This document shows positions 55,444 through 64,000 of a DNA stretch of 64,000 bases, in pieces. Source of the stretch: Candidatus Methanoplasma glyptotermitis (GTDB lineage Archaea; Thermoplasmatota; Thermoplasmata; Methanomassiliicoccales; Methanomethylophilaceae); NCBI GenBank assembly GCA_031267895.1, contig JAIRYF010000051.1, forward strand, positions 1,561 through 65,560, given 5' to 3'. Every line of letters begins with the position of its first letter. Position 1 is the stretch's first letter. The notes under the pieces were generated by a model, which was given only the letters and a program-made list of their open reading frames with translations, ran no database searches and was not told the origin of the DNA. Position numbers and translations under genes: made by a program.

Positions 55444-58245
55444 TCACTCGCCTCCTCCCTCAAAGTCGGTGTCGAGTTCATCATAGTCCTCGCCTTCCTC
55501 CTCTTCGGTGTACTCCATTTCGTCTTTCTCTTTGGATCCGTAGTCCTCGCCTACGTCAAGATCATCCACTCTCAGGAGCTTATCTGCATCATCCCCGAGA
55601 ACTTCCGCAAAGAGGTCGTCGAGATCTATAGCCTTACCCCTGACCGTCCTCGACGGATCCACTCCGTCCTCCCCGTACTTGAACTGTATGACCGTTCCGA
55701 CTGTATTTCTGACCGTTCCGTCCGACGTGAGTTTGAGGTCTTCCAGTGCAGAGACGAGTCTCCTCTGCATGTAACCGGACCTGGAGGTCCTGACCGCAGT
55801 ATCAACAAGTCCTTCTCTCCCTCCCATCGCATGGAAGAAAAATTCGGTAGGATTGAGGCCTGTTTTGTACGAATTGGAGCAGAAACCTCTTGCGTACGCT
55901 CCCAGATCCCCTTTGTCGAAATGCGGAAGCGTTCTGTTCCAGTATCCTCTGGACAGTCTCTCGCCGCGGACCGCCTGCTGGCCTACGCATCCGGCCATCT
56001 GGGACAGATTCAGCATTGACCCGCGCGCACCGGATTTGGCCATTATGACTGCAGGATTCGAAAGACCCAGATGTTTTCCTGCAACACGGCCTGCCTCGTC
56101 ACGGGCCTGTCCGAGTACTTTCATGACTCTGACTTCAAGCGTCTCTCTGAGAGATCGTCCCGGCATCTGATCAAGCGTTCCGTTCTGGAACGATTCCACC
56201 AGTTCGGAAACTTCTCCGATACACTCCTGATTGTAATTGGTTATCTGGAGTGCGGCTTCCTCGGGTATATCCTCGTCGCCTATACCGGTACTGAAACCAT
56301 GATTCATAATGGCACCGAGGGCCAGTTTCGTGACCTCGTTGATGAATTTGGCCGCTCTGTCTGAACCATAGTCGCGTGCGATTCTGTCCAATATCTTGCC
56401 TTTGCTGTTGCCTATGCCCTTTGCATCAATCGTACCGCACAGCAGCTGACCGTTGCGTATTTTAACATAAGAATCAAACTGACAGTTGTCCTTTGTGCAT
56501 ACATCGCAGTTTTGGCATATGTTGGACTTGAATGTGGTTCTGAAATCCTTGGGAAGCACGATAGAGAACAGTTGCCTTCCGGTCCAGTATTCTTTGCCGC
56601 TGCCGTCTGTCATCGGTTCCGGGATCTCTATGTCCTGCATCTTCGAGAGAATGTTCATCGCCTCGAACCTGTCGAATTTCGGGTTGTCGTGCGTAAGGAA
56701 GTACGCACCGGTTATGTGGTCGTGTATGGCACCGATGATCGGGCCTCCGTACCTCGGGGAAAGGATATTCTCCTGGACCTGCATGAGTATGCGGGCCTCG
56801 GCACGCGCCTCGTCGGACTGCAGAACATGAAGATTCATTTCATCTCCGTCGAAATCCGCATTGTACGGCGGGCAGTCGCAGAGATTAAACCTGAATGTCC
56901 TCCCGTCCATTATCCTGACGCGGTGAGCCATCATAGACATTCTGTGAAGCGAGGGCTGTCTGTTGAACAGAACAACATCTCCGTCCGTGAGCTGTCTCTC
57001 GATTGTATAGTCTATGTCGATATTCTCCGCCACCTCTTCCGCATTGCGGTCTGTAACTCTGATCCTCCTTCCGTCGGATCTTATTACATAGTTGACTCCG
57101 GGGCGGTATCCGTTTTCCATCGGGGGTGCCGGTCCGCGTGCGACTACCTCTCTGAGCTTCCCGATGTTATGCTCGTTTACATGAACAGGGACTGTCAGCT
57201 CCCTCGCCGCTATGAACGGAACGCCTACCTCATTTATTGACAGCAGCGGGTCCGGAGATATTACAGTGCGTGCCGAGAAATTGACACGTTTTCCGGAAAG
57301 GTTGGATCTGAAACGTCCTTCCTTTCCTTTAAGCCTCTGTGCCAGAGTCTTGAGCGGACGGCCAGACCTGTGTCTTGCGGGGGGTATGCCGGATGTCTGG
57401 TTGTCAAAATATGTGGTGACATGGTATTGCAGCAGTTCCCAGAGATCTTCGACGATCAGCTGAGGTGCTCCCGCATCGCGGTTCTCCCTCAGCCTCTGGT
57501 TGATCCTCAGAACGTCCACAAGCTTGTGCGTCAGGTCGTCTTCGGATCTGTCTCCCGAATCGAGCGTGATCGATGGCCTTACCGTGACCGGCGGGACTGC
57601 CAGCGCGGTCAGGACCATCCATTCAGGCCTGCATGTCGCAGGATCTATTCCCAGAGTCCTGAGATCCTCGTCGGAGATACGTTCCAGCCTCTCGCGCACC
57701 TCTTTCGGGGTGAGTTTGTGGTTGTCATCGACCTCCCTGAATGTTGTGGGTTTGTCCAGCTTTATCTTTATCTGCTCCGTTCCGCAGTACGGGCATATGC
57801 CTTTGTTGGAGGCATCCTTGGCCGTCTCTTTGGAGAAATTCTTAAGATCGATGGTCCCTCCTCCGAGATCCTTCATCTCAGACATATCGTCCATACGGGA
57901 CTCGATCTGTTCTGCGGTGAGCATTATCCTGCCGCAACTGCGGCATGTGCTCTCCAACATGAGTTTTATGTCCTTGATGAAACCGACGTGTATGACCGGC
58001 ATGGCCAAGTCTATGTGGCCGAAGTGCCCCGGACACTCATCAACCTTGCAGCCGCAGGTCTTGCATCTGAGTCCCGGTTCGATGACACCCATATGCGGGT
58101 CCATGAGACCCATTTCTATCGGGTATCCTTCATCGTCGTACGTATCTGCCGTGATTATCTTCGTGGCAGACATTCTCCTTATTTCGTCCGGCGATACACA
58201 GGAGAATTTGATCGATCCGATCCTTTTCGTTATTCCGCGCATCAT
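55444..58245 (-). CDS. rpoA1: DNA-directed RNA polymerase subunit A'
   Basis: 933 aa. Zinc motifs [17 protein letters not shown] and the catalytic [10 protein letters not shown]. Confidence 0.97.
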   Translation of the reverse strand: MMRGITKRIGSIKFSCVSPDEIRRMSATKIITADTYDDEGYPIEMGLMDPHMGVIEPGLRCKTCGCKVDECPGHFGHIDLAMPVIHVGFIKDIKLMLESTCRSCGRIMLTAEQIESRMDDMSEMKDLGGGTIDLKNFSKETAKDASNKGICPYCGTEQIKIKLDKPTTFREVDDNHKLTPKEVRERLERISDEDLRTLGIDPATCRPEWMVLTALAVPPVTVRPSITLDSGDRSEDDLTHKLVDVLRINQRLRENRDAGAPQLIVEDLWELLQYHVTTYFDNQTSGIPPARHRSGRPLKTLAQRLKGKEGRFRSNLSGKRVNFSARTVISPDPLLSINEVGVPFIAARELTVPVHVNEHNIGKLREVVARGPAPPMENGYRPGVNYVIRSDGRRIRVTDRNAEEVAENIDIDYTIERQLTDGDVVLFNRQPSLHRMSMMAHRVRIMDGRTFRFNLCDCPPYNADFDGDEMNLHVLQSDEARAEARILMQVQENILSPRYGGPIIGAIHDHITGAYFLTHDNPKFDRFEAMNILSKMQDIEIPEPMTDGSGKEYWTGRQLFSIVLPKDFRTTFKSNICQNCDVCTKDNCQFDSYVKIRNGQLLCGTIDAKGIGNSKGKILDRIARDYGSDRAAKFINEVTKLALGAIMNHGFSTGIGDEDIPEEAALQITNYNQECIGEVSELVESFQNGTLDQMPGRSLRETLEVRVMKVLGQARDEAGRVAGKHLGLSNPAVIMAKSGARGSMLNLSQMAGCVGQQAVRGERLSRGYWNRTLPHFDKGDLGAYARGFCSNSYKTGLNPTEFFFHAMGGREGLVDTAVRTSRSGYMQRRLVSALEDLKLTSDGTVRNTVGTVIQFKYGEDGVDPSRTVRGKAIDLDDLFAEVLGDDADKLLRVDDLDVGEDYGSKEKDEMEYTEEEEGEDYDELDTDFEGGGE

Positions 58246-61200
58246 GTCAGGTCCTCCAGTTGAAGCCTCATAGCAACACCAAGAGACAGCAGCTCGTCCA
58301 TCAGCAGCTTGAATGCATATGACGTCTGCACAAGGTATATGCTTGAATTATTCTTGCACACCGGACAGTACAGCGATCCGTGCCTGTCCATTATCGCAAT
58401 GTGTCCGCATGCCGGGTTCCCGCAGATATACTGCTGGGTCCCATCCGATTCATCGAGCAGACGGTCCTTGATCACCATCGCGGCCCCGTGGCCGATAAGA
58501 CAGTCGCGTTCCATCTCTCCGAATCTCAGACCTCCCTGTCTGGAGCGTCCTTCGGTAGGCTGCCTTGTGAGTATCTGGACAGGTCCTCTCGAGCGGACGT
58601 GCATCTTGCCGCTCACCATGTGATGCAGCTTCTCGTAGAAGATCACGCCTGTGTACACCTCAGTCTGGATTATCCTTCCGGTCCTTCCGTCGTACATTGC
58701 CTCCTTGCCGTGTATGCCGAAACCGTTCTTGACCAGAGAGTCGCGTATTGCGTCCTCTCTCTCGCCGGAGAAGGCGGTTCCGTCTATTATACGGCCTTCC
58801 ATCGCGCCCACTTTACCGGCTATCATCTCGAGCACATGTCCTATAGTCATACGGGAAGGTATACCGTGGGGATTCACGACAAGATCCGGAGTTACGCCAT
58901 CGGCGGTGAACGGCATATCGCACTGGTCCACGAGCCTTCCGACGACCCCTTTCTGACCGAATCTCGAACAGAACTTGTCGCCGAGTTCGGGAATTCTCTC
59001 GTCCCTGACCTTTACACGCACAAGCCTTGATCCGTTCTCCGACTCTGTGACCATGACCGAATCCACATATCCCTTTTCCCCCGGCCTGACTGTCACTGAT
59101 GTCTCCCTTCTCTTTTGGGGCGTGAGGAAATCGGTTTCCTCCTCAAGGAACCGGGGAGGCGATGTTTTTCCTATAAGAACATCGCTTCCGGTCACTTCGG
59201 ATTCCGGCGATATCAGACCATCTTCCCCTAACGATGCGTAGGCAAAATCCGCACGCGCACCCATTACGTCCGGGGACGGAATCTCAAAGTGATCCTCCTG
59301 ACCGCCGGGGTAGCGGCGTTCCTCAGCACGGTACGACCTCATGAACGACGACCTCCCGAGTCCTCTCTGAACCGAACTCCTGTTCATGACGAGCGCATCC
59401 TCTATGTTGTATCCGTGGTACGATAGGACGGCAACACAGAAATTCTGACCCGCGGGCCTGTGGTTGTATCCCATGAACTCCATCGTCTGCGTCTGAACCA
59501 TCGGAACCTCGGGATAATGCATTATGTGCCCTCTTGTATCGGGCCTGATGCGGTAGTTTGCCGCCGGTATTCCCAGGGCCTGTTTTGCCATTCCCGCACC
59601 CATGGTCACACGCGGTGCGGAGTTGTGCTCAGGATACGGAACTATTCCGGATGCGACACCCAGTATGATCATCGGATCAATCTCCATATGGGTGTGCTCC
59701 TTCGTGATCTTCGACCGGACCGCAAAGTCCCCGCCGCACCATTTGCACTTAAGCACCGCATCCTCTTCCAGTCCGGGATTCAGCCAATCGACATCCGTGG
59801 GGGACAGTGCATGATCGCACAGTTCGCATCTCTTCGGAACGTCGTACGCATCTACGACGACGAGCGAATCTTCCTCTTCCTCGGCATCTATCCACTCAAT
59901 TATGCCCTCTTTGAACAGGTCATTCCATGTCACCTTGCCTTCGCGCATTCCGTCGACATGTTTTCTCGTGATCGTCGTCCTGCCATCCTTCAGGATCAGA
60001 AGCGGACGCCTCAGACGTCCTTCGTCGCAGTTGATGATCACTTCTTTCATCTCTTCATCGTGACGTATGTTGATGTAGTTGGAGAGGAGACCGTATCTTC
60101 TGCGGTCCCTTATCTCAGATACGAGCTTACCCGCATCTCTGTGGGTACCTACCAGGTCTCCGTTTATGTATACTCTTGTTCCCTCTTCTTTGACCGTCCC
60201 GAGACCTAGTTCCTTCAGCGTCCACTTGACATCTGTTTCGGAGTACCCCTCGGACACGTCGATTATGAGCGCAGCATTCTTGACGAGACCGCAGTTCTGT
60301 CCTTCCGGCGTTTCGGAGGGACAGAGTCTGCCCCACTGCGTGGGATGGAGGTCGCGGGCCTCGAAATGCGGCTGGCTCCTCGTGAGAGAGGATGTTACTC
60401 TCCTCAGGTGCGACATCGCCGACATGTTAGACGTTCTGTCGAGGAGCTGAGACACTCCGGCACGGCCTCCGACCCAGTTCCCCGTGGCAAGCGCGTGCAG
60501 GAGCTTGTGCGTCAGGAGATCGGGCCTTATAGACGACGATATACTGAAATCGCTCTTCCTCCTCCCCCAGTTTCTCTCCAATTGGTATTTCAGATCTTTC
60601 ATCAGGCTGCTGAAACTCGTCCTGAACAGATCTTCCATGAGGTCTCCGGAGAGTTTCAATCTCTTGTTTGCGTAGTGATCTTTGTCGTCCTCTTTCCTCT
60701 TCTTCAGAGACAGTTCGAGAACGGACCGTGCGATGCGTCCCAGGAATATCGCTTTCTTCATACGGTCCATCTCGGTATCTCCGAGGTGGGGGAGAAGCGA
60801 ACGGTCCAGGATGCTCTCGACTTTTTTGGTTCTGTACTCCTTTGCCTGACCGGCCGCAAAGTTCCTCTCCAGGAACAGAATGGCATCTTCCTTGGTGTGG
60901 TATCCGTTCGGAGGGAAATTCTTCTTGTCGTACGAACTCTCGATATTCGCGTATACTATGTTTGCCATCGCTTCGTCGGAAACTATCGTATCGTAAATCT
61001 CCTCGTCAGACTCCATGCCCAGTGCTTTCATCAGCGCAATCAGCGGTATGGATCCGGATGCCACGGGAACGGAGACCGTTACCATTCCGTCCTTTTTCTT
61101 CTCGACAAGTGTGAGCGCGCGGTATCCGTCTTTCTGCGAGAATACTTTCGCGACCTCGACCGCTGATCCGTATTTTTCATTGTATTCGACCATCACTCTG

Positions 61201-61841
61201 TTCTGAGCAAGGTCCTCTAATGTTATGAGGGCCCTCTCTGTCCCCCCTATTATAAAATACCCTCCGGGTTCTCTGGGGTCTTCCTTTTGTTTGACGAGTT
61301 CCTGAAGATATTCGTCATCCGATAGTTTGCGGCCCAGGTTGTCCTCCAGGATGCGCTGGTTCAGGTTGCATCCGCTTGATCTTACCATCATAGGCAGGTC
61401 GCCTACGCGCACCCACTTATCGCTCTCCGGGATCTCCTTCTCTACACCTTCCTCGTACACTTCAAATCTGACAAACACAGGCGACAGATAGTTGAGGTTT
61501 CTCAGCCTTGCCTCCATAGGGGTAAGTTCGTGGCTGTATCCGTTTGCCTCCATCACTTTCGGCTGATGGATCATCACGGTCGGCTTCGCCTGAGGATCGA
61601 TATTATTATCGTCGTCCCTCTTCCTTCCTATCCTGATCTCCACATTCTTGCCGCCCGTGCGCTCCGGATCCAGTTTAATCACTCCGCGCTCGGCATCGTC
61701 GGTCGGCACCCTGATGTCATCAACGATCTTCTGCATCCTGCTGTTGGGGTTCCCGGCGGCTGCCAGGAAGTCGTCGAACGATGCTATGTGGTGGTTCACA
61801 ATGTTCTTTTCCGCGAAATATAGTCTAACCAAGTCCCTCAA
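58242..61841 (-). CDS. rpoB: DNA-directed RNA polymerase subunit B (unsplit)
   Basis: 1199 aa single [29 protein letters not shown] and the C-terminal Zn ribbon CGNPACGH...CPVC. TTG start 4 nt after the rpoH stop. Confidence 0.97.
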   Translation of the reverse strand: MRDLVRLYFAEKNIVNHHIASFDDFLAAAGNPNSRMQKIVDDIRVPTDDAERGVIKLDPERTGGKNVEIRIGRKRDDDNNIDPQAKPTVMIHQPKVMEANGYSHELTPMEARLRNLNYLSPVFVRFEVYEEGVEKEIPESDKWVRVGDLPMMVRSSGCNLNQRILEDNLGRKLSDDEYLQELVKQKEDPREPGGYFIIGGTERALITLEDLAQNRVMVEYNEKYGSAVEVAKVFSQKDGYRALTLVEKKKDGMVTVSVPVASGSIPLIALMKALGMESDEEIYDTIVSDEAMANIVYANIESSYDKKNFPPNGYHTKEDAILFLERNFAAGQAKEYRTKKVESILDRSLLPHLGDTEMDRMKKAIFLGRIARSVLELSLKKRKEDDKDHYANKRLKLSGDLMEDLFRTSFSSLMKDLKYQLERNWGRRKSDFSISSSIRPDLLTHKLLHALATGNWVGGRAGVSQLLDRTSNMSAMSHLRRVTSSLTRSQPHFEARDLHPTQWGRLCPSETPEGQNCGLVKNAALIIDVSEGYSETDVKWTLKELGLGTVKEEGTRVYINGDLVGTHRDAGKLVSEIRDRRRYGLLSNYINIRHDEEMKEVIINCDEGRLRRPLLILKDGRTTITRKHVDGMREGKVTWNDLFKEGIIEWIDAEEEEDSLVVVDAYDVPKRCELCDHALSPTDVDWLNPGLEEDAVLKCKWCGGDFAVRSKITKEHTHMEIDPMIILGVASGIVPYPEHNSAPRVTMGAGMAKQALGIPAANYRIRPDTRGHIMHYPEVPMVQTQTMEFMGYNHRPAGQNFCVAVLSYHGYNIEDALVMNRSSVQRGLGRSSFMRSYRAEERRYPGGQEDHFEIPSPDVMGARADFAYASLGEDGLISPESEVTGSDVLIGKTSPPRFLEEETDFLTPQKRRETSVTVRPGEKGYVDSVMVTESENGSRLVRVKVRDERIPELGDKFCSRFGQKGVVGRLVDQCDMPFTADGVTPDLVVNPHGIPSRMTIGHVLEMIAGKVGAMEGRIIDGTAFSGEREDAIRDSLVKNGFGIHGKEAMYDGRTGRIIQTEVYTGVIFYEKLHHMVSGKMHVRSRGPVQILTRQPTEGRSRQGGLRFGEMERDCLIGHGAAMVIKDRLLDESDGTQQYICGNPACGHIAIMDRHGSLYCPVCKNNSSIYLVQTSYAFKLLMDELLSLGVAMRLQLEDLT

Positions 61842-61845
61842 AAGA

Positions 61846-62112
61846 TCACCCTTTGGTCACGAGTCTGTAGGCCACGAACTCCTGTGCCGTTTCGCTCTTT
61901 CTGACGATCTTGATGATGCGGCCTTCCGCTATCGGCCCGTAAATGCTCTCCAGCACCTTTATGCCCGCATCGCTGTTCCTTATCTTCGGAAGCTGGTCGT
62001 GCGTCATCCTCATCTCAGAGAGGATCTTCTCCGCATCTTCCTCAGACAAAAGATGATGTTCTGGTACAAGATCGTGCTTGAGCACGTTAAATGAAATATT
62101 GTCTGTTGCCAA
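61846..62112 (-). CDS. rpoH: DNA-directed RNA polymerase subunit H (Rpb5)
   Basis: 88 aa, [23 protein letters not shown]...LPKI. TTG start preceded by GGTGA with an 8-nt spacer. Confidence 0.9.
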   Translation of the reverse strand: MATDNISFNVLKHDLVPEHHLLSEEDAEKILSEMRMTHDQLPKIRNSDAGIKVLESIYGPIAEGRIIKIVRKSETAQEFVAYRLVTKG

Positions 62113-62233
62113 ATTGGTTCACCTGCCCCTAATGCTCCGCTCCGGACCAGCGGGAAATTTGTTTAAGAATTGTGCTTTTCTCATTCCTTTCCTCATACTT
62201 GATCTGCCGTTGATCGCTCATGAAGACTCTCAG

Positions 62234-62307
62234 CGGGCCTGAAGGGATTCGAACCCTTGACCACCTGATTAAAAGTCAGATGCTCTACCTAGCTGAGCTA
62301 CAGGCCC
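62234..62307 (-). tRNA. tRNA-Lys (anticodon TTT)
   Basis: The reverse complement folds as follows. Acceptor GGGCCTG/CAGGCCC, D arm GCTC-AGCTAGGTA-GAGC, anticodon stem TCTGA/TCAGG, loop CTTTTAA, T arm AAGGG-TTCGAAT-CCCTT, discriminator G. Confidence 0.9.
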
Positions 62308-63098
62308 ATAGATATCTTAAAGCTTGCAAGGCGGAAGGAACCGTTCATTGTATATAATACCTTCTTGACAAATGCCGGAGTCCGGGCTTCTGTAAACGGG
62401 ACCGTGCGATCTTCTCCGGGCATTCAGAACCCGGGCGGCCCTCCCACCAGCATCATTTTTATCCTTCCTGGCTTATTGCGCAACCCGGTTATCGGGATAT
62501 TGCAGCAGACGGATCAGCGAGTTCGCGGTCGACGTACGCGTCTGTCGGGATTCTTCTTCCGGCGGGCGGCGTTCATTGGTGCGGCGCGGATGACGGCATC
62601 GTCAAGTATGCATACGCTGCTTATAACGGCCGGGCTCTGGTGAAACCCTCTTAAAAACAAATATCATCCGTCCGTGAGTCTCATGATACTATAGGCGATA
62701 TACCTAAACAGGACCTCTTTGTGTCTTGATGATCCGCTTCTTCCGTATACAATATCTGAAGGATCTTCGGGTTTGGAGTGGAAATATGAGGGTTTCACCA
62801 GAGCCAACAGCCGCGTATGCTGTCCGGAAGACCGATGCTTCTGGTCGTGACGGAACCCGCGATGCAAATGAGTTTTTGTCGATGGCTGTGTGTCCTTTCG
62901 GCCGCATGTGCTGCGGCCCCGCAGCAATATATTCCAATCTCCATGCCTCCGGTGCCTTGACTGCATTAGGGTCCAATATGCCTGCGCGGTTCCCTAAATT
63001 TGTTTCTGACATTGTATATCTCTGAACGGACCATGATATCATTGCGACATTTATCTTTGGGACTGGGAGTATCCAATGTGTGCCATGAGAGATATGTG

Positions 63099-64000
63099 TC
63101 AGAACATATCTTCAAGACTTATCAGTCTCACCCTCTCGGCCTCAGCTCTTGTTTCGAGGGAATCCGTGAAACCAGACCTGGAGAATATCATAAGCTCTTT
63201 CATATCCAGCCCCCCGACCCGGTCCGCCCCTCTTCTGAGTTCATCAAGGACTTCAATGTCCGCTTTGCGTTTGGTGAACTTGCATTCCGCAAGAACGCCG
63301 CGTACCCTGCCGTCATCTGCAACGGAAGCAACCACATCTATCTCGGCGATCTCTTTTCCAACGGGACCCCACCATTTTCCAACGATGGGGTAGCCCATCC
63401 TCCTGATATACTGGGAACACATCGCTTCGAACACCTTTCCCATGTAGTCCGGCATCTCCCTCTCTATGTTCTTCGCCGTACCGGCTGTGTCGGAGCCGAA
63501 TATTCTCCTGCGGTTGCGGACCGCCATGTAATAACGGAATTTGAACAGATTATCGGAAATGAAATATCTGGTGCGTCTGCCTTCCTTCTCGTTGAAGGGC
63601 GTTACCTTCTCGACATATCCGAGATCCTCCAGATCAGAGAGGATGCGGGATGTTTCTGGGGCATTTATCCCGGATGCATCGGAGATCTCGCTCAGTCTCG
63701 CCTTCCCGGATGCCATGGCCGCGATTATGTCATTGTAGGATCTGGGGTCTCTGAGTTCCTGCATAAGAAGCGATTCGGGTTCTGAATACAGGGTAGTACC
63801 TTCAGAGAAGAACTCTTCTGCCATTATTCTGAATATATTCTCCCTGCCGGAGAATCTCAAGAGATACTCCGGAACCCCCCCTACAGCACCGTAGACGCAG
63901 GCCTTCTCGTATGCGGAACGTCCCTTGAGGAAGATCGAAGATTCCACATAATCCATCGGTTCCAGGAACATCTCGTGGGTCCTCCTTCCGTAGAGGGGAC
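63099..64000 (-). CDS. archaeal ATPase (ATPase_2 + DUF234 type), N-terminus outside window
   Basis: The frame stays open to the window edge (..PLYGRRTHEMFLEP..). The C-terminal DUF234-like region has a winged-helix-like segment and EIDVVA...ECKFTKRK, a restriction-endonuclease-like tail typical of this family. Confidence 0.72.
   Translation of the reverse strand, partial: PLYGRRTHEMFLEPMDYVESSIFLKGRSAYEKACVYGAVGGVPEYLLRFSGRENIFRIMAEEFFSEGTTLYSEPESLLMQELRDPRSYNDIIAAMASGKARLSEISDASGINAPETSRILSDLEDLGYVEKVTPFNEKEGRRTRYFISDNLFKFRYYMAVRNRRRIFGSDTAGTAKNIEREMPDYMGKVFEAMCSQYIRRMGYPIVGKWWGPVGKEIAEIDVVASVADDGRVRGVLAECKFTKRKADIEVLDELRRGADRVGGLDMKELMIFSRSGFTDSLETRAEAERVRLISLEDMF

Noticed and set aside
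54585-56019. Two ORFs of about 347 aa on the + strand (54585-55631 and 54976-56019), plus many 60-300 aa ORFs on the + strand inside rpoA1/rpoA2/rpoB and the giant surface gene.
   Set aside because: They are antisense to unambiguous RNA polymerase or STT3-like coding sequence. Long antisense ORFs are expected where the sense strand is long and stop-poor.
62310-63098. About 790 bp without a convincing gene between tRNA-Lys and the ATPase gene, GC-rich with stem-loops and a GUCCGGAAG string reminiscent of SRP RNA helix 8.
   Set aside because: The GGAA tetraloop context does not pair (UCC-GGAA-GAC), and no other SRP or RNase P signatures were seen. The ORFs here (62365-62643, 62664-62966, 62704-63042, 62726-63025) overlap each other, have unremarkable or low-complexity products, and lack RBS support. 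Left unannotated.
1-64000. Looked for CRISPR arrays, rRNA genes, tRNA introns and long tandem repeats.
   Set aside because: No regularly spaced direct repeats, no rRNA-like sequence, and no interrupted anticodon loops were seen in the five tRNAs.

Overview
This window looks like an archaeal chromosome segment, annotated by eye from the ORF track and sequence without any search or alignment tools. The archaeal call rests on the rpoH-rpoB-rpoA1-rpoA2-L30e-nusA cluster, the L18e-L13-S9-rpoN cluster, S17e, gatDE and five archaeal-type tRNAs. An unsplit rpoB, hypB/hypE, an HdrD-like Fe-S protein and the complete absence of TAG stop codons suggest a Thermoplasmata / Methanomassiliicoccales-like organism; that placement is inference. 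Most of the window is tightly packed housekeeping: a 7-gene lrp-dapA-orf-lysC-lysA-dapF-dapL lysine operon, pgk, thiL, folP, purD, truA, pyrF, thyX and others. The strongest finding is a four-gene operon at 15.9-17.9 kb encoding a eukaryote-type ubiquitin cascade. It consists of a ThiF-type E1, an 80-aa Ubl ending GG-S, a UBC-type E2 with an HPN motif and catalytic Cys, and a JAMM/MPN+ protease, with no E3 nearby. Other points worth a second look:
- A 1896-aa STT3/AglB-like membrane domain has no canonical WWDYG motif and is fused to about 1300 aa of beta-sandwich repeats.
- A LarA-like / HdrD-like gene pair is followed directly by folP.
- A double-glycine-leader-like peptide gene sits upstream of a small membrane protein gene.
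- A decayed DDE insertion sequence is flanked by 12-bp direct repeats inside a 3.6-kb gene-poor island.
- Two 10-nt homopolymer tracts occur about 460 bp apart, one of them inside a CDS.
- A 568-bp stretch between convergent genes has no ORF in any frame.
No CRISPR array or rRNA gene was seen.
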